The notes: generated from the letters alone by a model not told the origin. Numbered from the stretch's first letter, positions 20,977-31,266 are shown. The stretch: DNA of 64,000 nucleotides from an uncultured bacterium (GCA_963746775.1 CAVVCK010000001.1:483151-547150); one strand, 5' to 3'. Numbers and translations are program-made.

Positions 20977-23619
20977 CTACGCCACTGGAATATCATCTAG
21001 CTTCACTGAAAGTAATTTAGTAATACCACTCTTCTCCATCGTCACCCCATAAATAGCATTAGCCATTTTCATAGTTTCTCTGTTGTGGGTAATAGCAATA
21101 AATTGTGATTTATTGGCTACTGAAGTTAGAATATCAGCATACCTTTCTGAATTTGCCTCATCAAGCGCTGCGTCCACTTCATCTAAAACTATAAATGGTG
21201 AAGGATTATTTTCAATAATAGCTAGGATCAAGGCTATAGCAGTTAGAGCCTTCTCGCCACCAGATAACATAGATAAATTAGTTAGCTTTTTGCCTGGAGG
21301 GTTAGCTTTGATCTCAATAGAAGTATTAATATAATCGTCTTTTTCTTTTAATGTCAAATCTTCTGCTGCCCCCTCATTCTCCTCAGAACCATCCTCCTCA
21401 AATCTTTTTTTAATTAATTTAGCCTTGCCTCCGGAAAATAATACCTCAAAATATCGCTGGAAATGTTCATTGATATTTTTGAAAGAATTTTCAAATTTCT
21501 GGCCCATCATATCGTTCAAATCACCAATAACCTGACGCAAGGACTTCATGGCCTTATCTAAATCTTCCTTCTGTTCTGATAAGAAGGTATAGCGCGTCTG
21601 GCAATCTTCATACTCTCTTAGCGCTTCCATATCCGGTTCGCCAATTTGAATCAACTGATTTTTAATTCTATCAATCGTAGATCTTAGACATTTAACCTCA
21701 TTTTCTTCCTTTTGACAAGGGCTTTTAGTAAATTTAGCCATTAACTCTTCTAATCTATCCTTACTAAATATTTCTCCAATTTCCTGATTTATATTATTCC
21801 TCTGATCAGTAAATCTAGCCTCTTGAATTTCTATTTCAGATCTTCTATCTCTAATCTTATTTAATTCTTCCTGAATAATCCTATACTTTTTTTCTAATTC
21901 AAATATTTTTCCTCTCTCCGCTTCTTGAGCTGAAACAAAAGAAGATAATATTTTTTCTATTTCCTTAATTTTATTATTTAAATCGGACAATTGTTCACTA
22001 AATTCTTTTTTTTCTTTAAGCAATTGATCTATGGCTGGATTTTTATCAGCCTGTTTTTCCTTTGATTCTTGAAATTCTATTTTCTTTTCTAAAAATTTTT
22101 CTTCCTCACGTAATTTATTTAATTCTTCTTCTTTAAATCCATATTCTGTGGATAGTTTAACTTGTTCAACTTTAAAATTGTTGACTTCCTCGTCTGCCTT
22201 ATTTTTATCAATCAGTAATAAATCTAATTTACTTTGTATTTTTTGGACTTCCCTATTTTCTTCCACATCACTTTGCCCTTCTACCTCTTCTTTAATTTTA
22301 GCAATTAATTTTTCAAATTCTGTTTTATGATTTTTTATATCTTTCTTTAGAGCTTCTAGTTCTTCTAAGCTTTTAGCTGCTTCTATTTTTTCAATAATAA
22401 TTTCCTGGCTTTTATAAATTAATTCCAATTCTCTTAATAAACTACTCATCGTTACACTTGGTTTTTCCTCTGTTTGTTTTACTTTCTGTAAATCTGCTTG
22501 CAAATTACTTATTTCGACTAAAATATTTTTCTGGTTCTCTAATTTTTTACTAGCCTCATTTTTAATTTCTTCTATCTTTTCTCTTAAATCAAGGAGGCTT
22601 GATTCTAAATCAAATATTTTTCCGCCTACTCTTTCTTTCTGCTGATATAAATCTTGTAAATTATAGGATGACTTTTGCTCTTTAGCTAGCTGTATTCGTC
22701 CATCTATTAAAGATAATTCTTGCTCTAGTTTATTCCTTTTTTCTTTTAAAATACCTAATTGCTCTTCGTGTTTAGTCGCTTCATGGGTACTTTTTTTATT
22801 TTCTAGGTTATTTAATTTTTCTTTGATATTACCTAAATCTGTTTCAAAAAATCTCTCGTTTTGATTTATTCTATCACCTTCTTCAGTTAACTCTTTTAAC
22901 TTAATTTGATAGAAATTATAGAAAAAATTTAAATAAACCTCAGCAATCTCTTTTAATTCTTTTTCTAAACTTTCTTTCTTATAAACTTTACTAGCTTGTC
23001 TTTTTAATGATCTTAGCCGGGGTAAAATTTCTTCCAGCAATCCAGCAATTCTAATTAAATTCTGTTTGGTTAAATTTAATTTGTTTAAGCTTATCTGTTT
23101 TTTTATTTGATATTGTTTAATACCAGCGGCTTCTTCAAATAATTCTCTTTTCTCTTTAGGTCCAGCCTGCACTATCCGCTCAATCATACCTTGACCTATA
23201 ATACTATAAGTTTTTTGCCCAAAGCCAGCCTTAGCTAATAAACTCTGAATGTCTAATAACCTAGCCCTGGATTTATTAATAAAATATTCAGATTCACCTG
23301 ATCGATAAATTCTTCTAGTTAGAACCACGTCCGTATAATCAATAGGAATCTTTTGATCTTGATTATCTAAATATAAAGAAATTTCAGCCATGCCAGAACG
23401 GCCCTTGTCTTTAGAGCCTGCAAAAATAATATCTTCTGTCTTTTTGCCACGCAAAGTTTTCATGCTCTTCTCGCCCATGACCCAGCGTATAGCATCGGCA
23501 ATATTAGATTTACCTGAACCATTAGGACCTACCACCGCTGTAATCCCTGGTGCTAATTCTAGCCTAGTTTTGTCAGCAAAAGACTTAAATCCTTGTAATT
23601 CTATACTTTTTAAATGCAT
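20977..23619 (-). CDS. smc: SMC-family ATPase, short (~880 aa)
   Basis: GFKSF, GPNGSGKSN, LSGGE, LDEVDAALD, ITH; real start MHLKSIELQG. Confidence 0.9.
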   Translation of the reverse strand: MHLKSIELQGFKSFADKTRLELAPGITAVVGPNGSGKSNIADAIRWVMGEKSMKTLRGKKTEDIIFAGSKDKGRSGMAEISLYLDNQDQKIPIDYTDVVLTRRIYRSGESEYFINKSRARLLDIQSLLAKAGFGQKTYSIIGQGMIERIVQAGPKEKRELFEEAAGIKQYQIKKQISLNKLNLTKQNLIRIAGLLEEILPRLRSLKRQASKVYKKESLEKELKEIAEVYLNFFYNFYQIKLKELTEEGDRINQNERFFETDLGNIKEKLNNLENKKSTHEATKHEEQLGILKEKRNKLEQELSLIDGRIQLAKEQKSSYNLQDLYQQKERVGGKIFDLESSLLDLREKIEEIKNEASKKLENQKNILVEISNLQADLQKVKQTEEKPSVTMSSLLRELELIYKSQEIIIEKIEAAKSLEELEALKKDIKNHKTEFEKLIAKIKEEVEGQSDVEENREVQKIQSKLDLLLIDKNKADEEVNNFKVEQVKLSTEYGFKEEELNKLREEEKFLEKKIEFQESKEKQADKNPAIDQLLKEKKEFSEQLSDLNNKIKEIEKILSSFVSAQEAERGKIFELEKKYRIIQEELNKIRDRRSEIEIQEARFTDQRNNINQEIGEIFSKDRLEELMAKFTKSPCQKEENEVKCLRSTIDRIKNQLIQIGEPDMEALREYEDCQTRYTFLSEQKEDLDKAMKSLRQVIGDLNDMMGQKFENSFKNINEHFQRYFEVLFSGGKAKLIKKRFEEDGSEENEGAAEDLTLKEKDDYINTSIEIKANPPGKKLTNLSMLSGGEKALTAIALILAIIENNPSPFIVLDEVDAALDEANSERYADILTSVANKSQFIAITHNRETMKMANAIYGVTMEKSGITKLLSVKLDDIPVA

Positions 23620-23630
23620 AGTGTTTGGAA

Positions 23631-23750
23631 ATTCCAATATTTAAATAGCAAAAACAAAATAAATTATAAATTACAAACAACAAATCTCTATTTTTTGTAA
23701 TTTGAGATTTAAAGTTTGTTTGTTATTTATTTTTTAGTATCTGTTATTTA
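23631..23750. repeat. AT-rich short-period palindromic element upstream of smc
   Basis: AAAT/ACAAA units followed by inverted TTTGT/ATTT units. Confidence 0.5.
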
Positions 23751-23885
23751 TTAAAGTATAACAGACTTATTTTGGCAAGTAAATTTATTTTTAATCCAAA
23801 AAATTTAAATAATTAAAAAGATCAACTTAGTCACACTTAATTAAATTGATCTTTTATTTAGCTTTTAAGTTTTATATTCCACATT

Positions 23886-24986
23886 CTACTTCTTAATCGG
23901 CATTATAATATAAAGATAGCTATCGTCATCAACTGCTTTCAAAACAGCTGGCCCACTATCATTATTAAAAAGTAACAACACTTCAGAACTCTTTATAGCC
24001 GATAGTCCTTCTAAAATATATTGGTGATTAAAAATAACTTTTTCGTCTTTACCTTCAATATTTAAAGTAGATAATTTTGTTTTACCAACTCCTACTTGTT
24101 TTGATTCCGCTTGAATAATAATTTCCTTATTTTTTAAATCAGTTTCAATGTTTACTTCATTAGTGTCTTGTTTAGAAAAAAGACTTGATGATTTTAGCGC
24201 TTGGATAAATTCATTCCTATTTAATTTTATTTTTACAGTACTACCATCAGGAATAATTTGTTTATAATCAGGATATTGCCCGTCAACTATTTTAGAAATA
24301 AAAATAACATTATCAAAGGAAAATTTTAATTGCCCCTCCGAACTCACTACTTCTATTGTATTGTCGCTATTAATAATTTTACCAACTTCTAATATAGTGT
24401 CAGCTGGTATAATATAATCATTTTCAACATTTACTTCTTCTGTTTTTACTTTCTTTTCAGCTAATCTATAGCTATCTGTAGCCGCTAGAAATGACTCTTT
24501 TTTGCCTAATTTTAACAAAATACCAGCAATTTCTGGCCTAGATTCATCCTTTGCACTTGCAAAGACGACTTTAGATATACTTGTCTTTAATTCATCCCCC
24601 TTAAACTTACAAATTATTTCTCCTTCAACTTCTGGGATTAAAGGAAATTCGTTAGGATCATAACATTTAATATCTGCTCTAAAATCATTACAAGCGAGAG
24701 TTAAAACGTCTCCTTCTAAGCTTAAAATAATTTTTTCTTGAGGAAGATTATTCACATAAGATAAAAATAATTGAGCTGGGATTACTGCTCTACCTTCTTT
24801 TTCTATTTTACCTCGAATATAATTTATAATTCCTATTTCTAAATTAGTGGCAGATAATTTTATTTGACCTTTCTCTACTTCCAGTAAAATATTTGAGAGT
24901 ATTGAAAGACTAGCTGATTTTTTTATACAGCTTGAAACTATATTTATCCCTTTTAATAAATTTTCTTTTGTACAAATTATTTTCAT
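23886..24986 (-). CDS. dnaN: DNA polymerase III beta clamp
   Basis: ATNLE, ATDSYRL, GQYPDY, IIMPIK; follows dnaA. Confidence 0.97.
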   Translation of the reverse strand: MKIICTKENLLKGINIVSSCIKKSASLSILSNILLEVEKGQIKLSATNLEIGIINYIRGKIEKEGRAVIPAQLFLSYVNNLPQEKIILSLEGDVLTLACNDFRADIKCYDPNEFPLIPEVEGEIICKFKGDELKTSISKVVFASAKDESRPEIAGILLKLGKKESFLAATDSYRLAEKKVKTEEVNVENDYIIPADTILEVGKIINSDNTIEVVSSEGQLKFSFDNVIFISKIVDGQYPDYKQIIPDGSTVKIKLNRNEFIQALKSSSLFSKQDTNEVNIETDLKNKEIIIQAESKQVGVGKTKLSTLNIEGKDEKVIFNHQYILEGLSAIKSSEVLLLFNNDSGPAVLKAVDDDSYLYIIMPIKK

Positions 24987-24989
24987 ACT

Positions 24990-25244
24990 TATGCACCCTC
25001 TTAATTATTATTAAATATTTATATAAATAAATAGTAATAATAATAAGGGCTGTTAATATGTTTATAAAAAAGTTTTTCCTCTAAAATAAAACCAAAAGCA
25101 ATACATTATTAGTCTATTAAACTGTTAATTTTACAGTTAATAAAATCTAATAAAAAGGTGAATAACTTATAAATATTACTTTATTAGATTTTGTACGCAA
25201 GTTTCTACACAGAATATTCACTAAATAAAAGAACTTATCAACAA
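24990..25244. promoter_or_regulatory. Putative oriC segment (dnaA-dnaN spacer)
   Basis: AT-rich, degenerate DnaA boxes including TTATCAACA 25235-25243 and GGTGAATAA near 25157. Confidence 0.55.
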
Positions 25245-26657
25245 TTATTTTGAAAGTGGTGTTTGTAAAAGCTGCTGCCTAATAGCCTCTATTTCTTGCC
25301 TAATACTATCATTTTCCTCTATTTCTCGGGATACTTTATCACAAGCATGAATAGCAGTAGTATGGTCTCTTCCGCCAAGCTCTGATCCGATAGTAGGATA
25401 GCTTATTTTACCTTCATTGCGCATTAAATACATGGCAATCTGTCTTGGCCAGGCAACTTCTTTTTTACGGTTTTTAGCTAATAATTCATCTTTCTTAATA
25501 TTATAAAAAGAAGTAATAGTACTTATAATTTTATCAGAAGTTAGAGCCATTCTGGTGGGATTAATAGAAGTATTTGATAGAATATTTTTAGCCATACTTT
25601 CGGTGGGAAGTTCATTTTTTAACTGGCAGTGGGCAATAATTTTACTTAAAGCGCCTTCTAGTTCCCTAATATTATTTTGAATATTACGAGCAATATAATT
25701 AAGCACTTCTTCTGGCATAGCTAAATTTCTTTCCTTACATTTAAAAAATAAAATTGCTTTTCTGGTTTCTAGATCTGGCATACCTATATCGGCTACCATG
25801 CCTCCTTCAAAACGAGAAATTAATCTATCTTCTAATTCAGGAATAGCCTTAGGTGGTCTATCTGAAGTTAGTACTATTTGCTTGTTTTTCTGGTAGAGGG
25901 TATTAAAAGTATGGAAAAATTCTTCCTGAGTTCCTTCTTTGCCGCCCAAAAACTGAATATCATCAATTAAAAGAAAATCAGTGTTTCTATATCTATCTTT
26001 AAAAGATGATTCATGGTCCTTGCCTTTGTTCTTATGGATAAAAGTTATAAAATCATCAATAAATGTCTCACAAGTAACGTAAACTATTTTTTTAGACTTG
26101 TCATTTTTAATAATTTCATTGCCTATAGCCTGCATTAAGTGAGTTTTACCAAGCCCTACACCGCCATATATAAAAAGAGGATTGTAATTAGTACCAGGGT
26201 TATCTTTAACAGCCATGGCGGCAGCTCTGGCTAACTCATTGTTTTTACCAACTACATAATTTTCGAAAGTATATTTAGGATTAAAATCAAGTAAACCGCC
26301 ATTATTGGGATTATTTACAACAATATTTGTACTTTGGTTCTCTGCAGGGAAATTGAAGACTGGTATGATTGACTCTTTTTCTTTAAAAATGTTATTATTA
26401 CAACTTTTTTTACTTACTAATTCATAAGAAACCTTTTTAATTCTAGAATTAGTGGTATTTTGGAGGGCGTGGGCAATATCTTTATTATATTTACCTTGCA
26501 GCCATTCTTTTGTGAAATGATTTGGAACTCCTATAACGAATTCCCCGTCTTTATTGCAGACAATTTTTGTGTTTTTAAACCAAGTGGTAAAATTAGCTTT
26601 GCTTAGAGTGAGTTCTAATTCACCTAACACAGCCTCCCAGATTTGGTCATTATCCAT
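25245..26657 (-). CDS. dnaA: Chromosomal replication initiator
   Basis: NPLFIYGGVGLGKTHL, IDDIQF, QEEFFHTFN, GGRDHTT. Confidence 0.98.
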   Translation of the reverse strand: MDNDQIWEAVLGELELTLSKANFTTWFKNTKIVCNKDGEFVIGVPNHFTKEWLQGKYNKDIAHALQNTTNSRIKKVSYELVSKKSCNNNIFKEKESIIPVFNFPAENQSTNIVVNNPNNGGLLDFNPKYTFENYVVGKNNELARAAAMAVKDNPGTNYNPLFIYGGVGLGKTHLMQAIGNEIIKNDKSKKIVYVTCETFIDDFITFIHKNKGKDHESSFKDRYRNTDFLLIDDIQFLGGKEGTQEEFFHTFNTLYQKNKQIVLTSDRPPKAIPELEDRLISRFEGGMVADIGMPDLETRKAILFFKCKERNLAMPEEVLNYIARNIQNNIRELEGALSKIIAHCQLKNELPTESMAKNILSNTSINPTRMALTSDKIISTITSFYNIKKDELLAKNRKKEVAWPRQIAMYLMRNEGKISYPTIGSELGGRDHTTAIHACDKVSREIEENDSIRQEIEAIRQQLLQTPLSK

Positions 26658-26754
26658 ATTTTTTTATTTAGAGAATTAAAATATTTAAAAGAAATTTTTG
26701 TTTTATTTGAATGTATAAAAAATTATAGCACAATAATAAATTTTAAAAGGTCTA

Positions 26755-26800
26755 AATTGTTAACTGTTTGTTAACAAACTGTGGATGAAAGGTGGATATG
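26755..26800. promoter_or_regulatory. DnaA-box cluster upstream of dnaA
   Basis: TGTGGATGA 26780-26788, GGTGGATAT and TGTTAAC half-matches. Confidence 0.5.
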
Positions 26801-26862
26801 TTTTTTAAAAAAGTAGTATAATACTTAAATACTAATGATTTTAAAATTCTTGTCAATTTAAA

Positions 26863-27060
26863 CCACAAAAACACAAGAACAAAATAACATAAAAACAAAG
26901 CTGAGATTATTGTTTTGTTAAAATAAGTAATAATTAGTATTTTAATATTAGTATTTTTATAGTAAAATTACAGGGCAATTAAATAAAAAACACAAGCACA
27001 AAAAACATTAAAACAATATTAATAAGAAATTTGTTTTAAGGTTTTTATGTTTTAATATTG
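26863..27060. repeat. Octamer-period palindromic tracts (family D)
   Basis: AAAACATW/AAGAACAA units with inverted TGTTTT units; similar at 37718-37815 and 49472-49530. Confidence 0.6.
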
Positions 27061-27065
27061 CAAAA

Positions 27066-28733
27066 GTGTCACAAAAAATAAAGGAAAGAAAAAAAAGAGA
27101 GAAAAAAAATAAAATTATATTTAGTATTAGTGTTTTATTTATTACTATATTATTTATAATTTCAGGAGCTTACTATATTTATGCTAAATTTTTTGCTCCG
27201 CGCAAGATAGAATCATTTTTTCCTAAAGAAATTTCTTCCCTTTTTTTAGTTAAAAGTAATTTTACTACAGACGTAGGTGATAAATTAAAAAAACTTGGTT
27301 TAAAATTTGGAGATGAAAAATATTTTCAAAATTATTTAGAAGATTTAATATTTCCCAGGTTAAGAGATCAAAAATTAAATATTCCGGATGAAAAAGTTTT
27401 TGGTTGGAGGGGTGATTTTGTGGCTGTAGGAAGTATAAAAGTTAGTAATATTGAGAATACCCCTATTTTTGTAATACAAATAAAAAATCCGGCATTATGT
27501 GAAGAATTTTTAAGAACGTTAGAAGAGAACTTAGCTAATCGAGGTTATATTATTAACTCGGAAGAGTTTAGAGACAAAAAAGTTACTACTAACCGAGGCT
27601 TGAGTGATATTTCCTATGCCCTGTACGATAATTATTTGTTAGTTTCTGGTAAGCCAGATGGAGTAAAAAAAATGATTGATACAGCTCACGGTAAATTTGC
27701 TTCCATGGTAGAGGATTCACAGTATTTTAAAATGAAAAAGAAATTGTCTGAAAATGACTCAGTAGTTTTTAGCTATTTTGATCCGCTGGAGCTGGCTAGA
27801 GCTATACCAATTTTAAATCAAAGCAATCTTGATTCTATAGGAAAGCTTGGCATTAATGATTCTAATCTTCGCATGGGCATTACTTTTATTCCTGGCGCAC
27901 AAGGCATTGAAGCTAGGGTTTATAACCGCAATGATTACACTAAAGATATTAAAGGGGTAGGCAGAAATCTTGTTTTCGCTAAAAAAATTCCTTATGATTC
28001 CTTATTATATTTAGAAGGACGCGATATCGAATCGCTGCTAGAAGGTATTATATCAGGACAAGATGATACAGCTGATCCAGAAGCTACTATTTCGGCTTTA
28101 AAGAAATTAGTGGAAATGGAGACGGGTGTTGATTTAGATAAAGACTTATTTCAATATATCAACAAAAATTATGCTTTTTATATGCTTCCCAGTTCTGAAA
28201 AAGAAAGACTGGATTTAACGCTTGCTTTTGAATTATCTAAATCAGAAGAATTTAGTGGAAAAATAAATAAAATAGAAGATGCAGTTTTAAATTTAATCCA
28301 AAAATCATCAATTAAAGAAGAAATGTCAGGCCGGACTTTTACGGACCACAGCTACCAAAATATAAATTATAAATACTTAAATTTACCTGATAGCTGGCGG
28401 ATTGATTTAGTTATTGGACAGATAAATGATTATTTCTTCATAGCTAGTTCAGAAGAAGCTGCTCAAAATGTCATCGACGTTATTTTAGGCAGAATTCCTA
28501 AAGTGCTAGCGGATAGTAGTACTTTTAAGTCTTCTTATGAACTTTCTAAAAACAAGGATTCAGATATTTTCTTTTTTGGAGATATGCAAGAATTTACTAA
28601 GTATTTATCATATAATATGGATTTTAATTATGAAGATTTAGACCAAAAATTTAAAATTCTAGAAACGCTAAATTTGACCAGAGAAGAGAAATCGAGAGAA
28701 AATTATTATAATCTATTTTTAAAAGTAAGATAA
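27066..28733 (+). CDS. Membrane-anchored DUF3352-like protein
   Basis: N-terminal TM; repeated YxxYDNYLLVS-type beta motifs. Confidence 0.6.
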   Translation: MSQKIKERKKREKKNKIIFSISVLFITILFIISGAYYIYAKFFAPRKIESFFPKEISSLFLVKSNFTTDVGDKLKKLGLKFGDEKYFQNYLEDLIFPRLRDQKLNIPDEKVFGWRGDFVAVGSIKVSNIENTPIFVIQIKNPALCEEFLRTLEENLANRGYIINSEEFRDKKVTTNRGLSDISYALYDNYLLVSGKPDGVKKMIDTAHGKFASMVEDSQYFKMKKKLSENDSVVFSYFDPLELARAIPILNQSNLDSIGKLGINDSNLRMGITFIPGAQGIEARVYNRNDYTKDIKGVGRNLVFAKKIPYDSLLYLEGRDIESLLEGIISGQDDTADPEATISALKKLVEMETGVDLDKDLFQYINKNYAFYMLPSSEKERLDLTLAFELSKSEEFSGKINKIEDAVLNLIQKSSIKEEMSGRTFTDHSYQNINYKYLNLPDSWRIDLVIGQINDYFFIASSEEAAQNVIDVILGRIPKVLADSSTFKSSYELSKNKDSDIFFFGDMQEFTKYLSYNMDFNYEDLDQKFKILETLNLTREEKSRENYYNLFLKVR

Positions 28734-28736
28734 AAT

Positions 28737-30557
28737 ATGGGTAAAATTAATATAAAGATAAGCAAAGACGGAATTAAAAAAATACATTTAGAAAATGTTC
28801 AGCATGGACCAGAATTGTCTGATATTAAAGAAAGCCGAGGTCATAAGAAAATGAATGTTAGCAACCAAGATGCTCCCAGAGTACTGAAAATAAAAGAAAA
28901 AAAGCCTAAAAAAAACGCTAAAAGAAGGTTTAAATTTAAAATAAGTTATTTGATTATTCCTCTTTTGGTAATTATTTTAGGTCTAGGGTTTTATTTTGGC
29001 TATAATTTATTAAAAAATGACAAAGTATTAAAAATTTTGCCTGAAAATACTGTTTTTTATAGTAAAATTGATTTAAAAAAAATTAAAAAAGACTATGTTG
29101 ATGGAAATTTAGGGAAGATTATTGACGCCCTATCTTCAAAAGATGAATTTAAAGAAGAAATTGCTCAAATAGTTAATGATAATATCTTAAATGATTATGG
29201 ATTAAATTTTAGGGCTGATATAGAGGGAGAAATTAAAAATGAAATATCGCTAGCGTCTTTTAAAGACAATAGTAATGAACTTAATTTGCACACAATAATA
29301 GCTTTAGAAGTAAAAAATAAGCAAAAAATAAAAGACATTATTAATAAAAGCGTAGATATTGATTATATTAATAATTATTCCTATGAAGGTTCAGATATTT
29401 ATGAAATTATTTTTAAAAATGAAAAAAATAATTTTTATTATACCTTCTCTAATAATTTTTTAATTTTAGCCAAAGACGATAGGGCGCTAGAAGAAATGCT
29501 AGATGTTGCTAATAAAAAGAAACTATCTCTAGCTAGTTACCAGCCGTTTAAAGATGCCGTGCCGTATGTTTATAGATTAGAAAATAATTATTTTTATACT
29601 AATTTAGCCTCGGTGTCATTTGACAATATAAAGGATCAAGATTTTTTTGGCTTAAAATTAAAAGATTCATTTTTCCTTTATGCTTATCTAAAAAAAATAG
29701 GACAAGCCTCTTTTTATTTAAAACCAGAGAGCAATGGTTTAAAATTATACGGACACACTGCTTATAATGCAGAAGAAAATATGGAAGTTAATATTTCTGA
29801 TTTTGCTATAGATAGAGCATCTTTAGTCTATAATGGCTATAATCTAGCAAAAGATTTTAATGATAATATAAACATATTTAATGAAGATGAAAAAAACAGC
29901 TCTTCTTTAAAAATGCTAGCTAGTAGCCTGCAGACAGAATATAATTTAAATCCAGCAGAAGATATTAGTCCTTTCTTCGAACAGGAAGCTGAAATTTCAG
30001 TTGTTTCAGAGGAAGGAAGAGATGAGTTGGTAGTTGTTCTAAAAGCTCAGGATAATACTGAAAATGAGAAAAGAATAAAGAAACTAGAAAATGCTGCTTC
30101 TCATTATTTTGGTATTTTGTATCCGCAGGAAAGTGAATTTGAATTAGCTGATGGATCGATTGCGCTTGAACTTTTTGCTAATGATGGTGCTTTTCCATTT
30201 GAAGATTTAAAATTAGGTGATATAAAAATAAGAAGCATTGTCAATCCTGGCATTCAGCAACATTATGCCTATGCTTTTTATAAAGATTATTTAATTGTAA
30301 GCACGGATGAGAATCTATTAGAAGAAGCAATACAAACTGAACAAGATAAAAATGGTTTAGCCTACAAACCAGAATTCAATAATCTTATAAATGGACAAAT
30401 AAGTGATAATAATATATTTTATCTAGACCTTATGAAAATATATGATAAAATGGGAACTTCTGATAACGGATTTTTAAATAGATTTAAGAAATTCATTTTA
30501 ACCGAAGAGAATAAGACAAAAGGGATGGATTTTATGGGAACGGTTTCAGTTGAGTAA
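28737..30557 (+). CDS. Membrane-anchored DUF3352-like protein (tandem paralog)
   Basis: TM then ILPENTVFYS; YTFSNNFLILA and YAFYKDYLIVST motifs. Confidence 0.6.
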   Translation: MGKINIKISKDGIKKIHLENVQHGPELSDIKESRGHKKMNVSNQDAPRVLKIKEKKPKKNAKRRFKFKISYLIIPLLVIILGLGFYFGYNLLKNDKVLKILPENTVFYSKIDLKKIKKDYVDGNLGKIIDALSSKDEFKEEIAQIVNDNILNDYGLNFRADIEGEIKNEISLASFKDNSNELNLHTIIALEVKNKQKIKDIINKSVDIDYINNYSYEGSDIYEIIFKNEKNNFYYTFSNNFLILAKDDRALEEMLDVANKKKLSLASYQPFKDAVPYVYRLENNYFYTNLASVSFDNIKDQDFFGLKLKDSFFLYAYLKKIGQASFYLKPESNGLKLYGHTAYNAEENMEVNISDFAIDRASLVYNGYNLAKDFNDNINIFNEDEKNSSSLKMLASSLQTEYNLNPAEDISPFFEQEAEISVVSEEGRDELVVVLKAQDNTENEKRIKKLENAASHYFGILYPQESEFELADGSIALELFANDGAFPFEDLKLGDIKIRSIVNPGIQQHYAYAFYKDYLIVSTDENLLEEAIQTEQDKNGLAYKPEFNNLINGQISDNNIFYLDLMKIYDKMGTSDNGFLNRFKKFILTEENKTKGMDFMGTVSVE

Positions 30558-30585
30558 ATGCTGGGGTTAGATTCTTAAAATATAA

Positions 30586-30692
30586 GCCCTCGGCCAGTTA
30601 GAAGTTTATGTAATAAAAGTATTTTTGCTGTTGTTTTTAAATTAAATTATAAACAACGGTATGTATTAGATTGCACATACTCCTAACTGGCC
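30586..30692. mobile_element. ~100-bp palindromic element at 5' end of the pseudo-tRNA-Arg, copy 3
   Basis: GGCCAGTTAGAAG...CTCCTAACTGGCC; GCCCTCG duplicated on both sides. Confidence 0.8.
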
Positions 30693-30814
30693 CTCGTAGT
30701 TCAATGGATAAAACACCAGTCCGGTTATTCGACCAGATAAACCTTCTAAGTTGGTTATGTAGGTTCGCCAGGTCATTCGACCTGGCGCCCAGTCGGATGA
30801 CTGGGCGATTCCTG
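30690..30814 (+). pseudogene. Disrupted duplicate of tRNA-Arg(TCT) carrying hairpin insertions
   Basis: Colinear with 31095-31157 once 30720-30741 and 30768-30807 are removed; lacks the 3' acceptor strand. Confidence 0.85.
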
Positions 30815-30831
30815 GTTTTTTAATAAAGCAC

Positions 30832-31104
30832 ATGTATTATTTATATATACTTTTGTTAAAAAATAAGCAATTATACAAGGGATCAACTAGTGATTTAAAA
30901 CGAAGATTCAATGAACACAAAAACGGCAAAGTTAAATAAACTAAATACAGAAGACCTTTAAAATTAATACATTATGAAGCATATATATTAAAAAGCGATG
31001 CCGAAAGAAGAGAAAGGTTTTTAAAAACAACAGAAGGAAGAAGATTATTAAAACAACAAATAAAAGATATTCTAAATAAACATAGTAAACATACGCCCTC
31101 GTAG
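30832..31104 (+). pseudogene. GIY-YIG nuclease (small stand-alone type) with in-frame TAA
   Basis: MYYLYILLLKNKQLYKGSTSDLKRRFNEHKNGKVK*TKYRRPLKLIHYEAYILKSDAERRERFLKT; stop at 30937-30939; terminal TAG lies inside tRNA-Arg. Confidence 0.85.
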
Positions 31105-31166
31105 TTCAATGGACAGAACACCAGCCTTCTAAGCTGGTTATGTAGGTTCGATTCCTGCCGAGGGCA
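31095..31166 (+). tRNA. tRNA-Arg(TCT)
   Basis: GCCCTCG acceptor, CCAGC-CTTCTAA-GCTGG anticodon arm. Confidence 0.95.
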
Positions 31167-31173
31167 AGTTATT

Positions 31174-31258
31174 ATGTTCTAGTTGTTGTAAATGTCAGAA
31201 CTGTTGTAATTGAAAAAATATTTAAAACATCTATAACAATTAGAATTGTTACAACATT
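31174..31258. repeat. Nonamer-period palindromic element, family C
   Basis: TGTTCTAGT/TGTTGTAAA/TGTTGTAAT units then inverted ACAAT/ACAAC units. Confidence 0.7.
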
Positions 31259-31266
31259 TTATGCAG

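Noticed and set aside
30937-30939. Stop-codon reassignment or readthrough explaining the GIY-YIG internal stop
   Set aside because: TAA terminates many genes here and conserved genes have no internal stops, so code 11 fits
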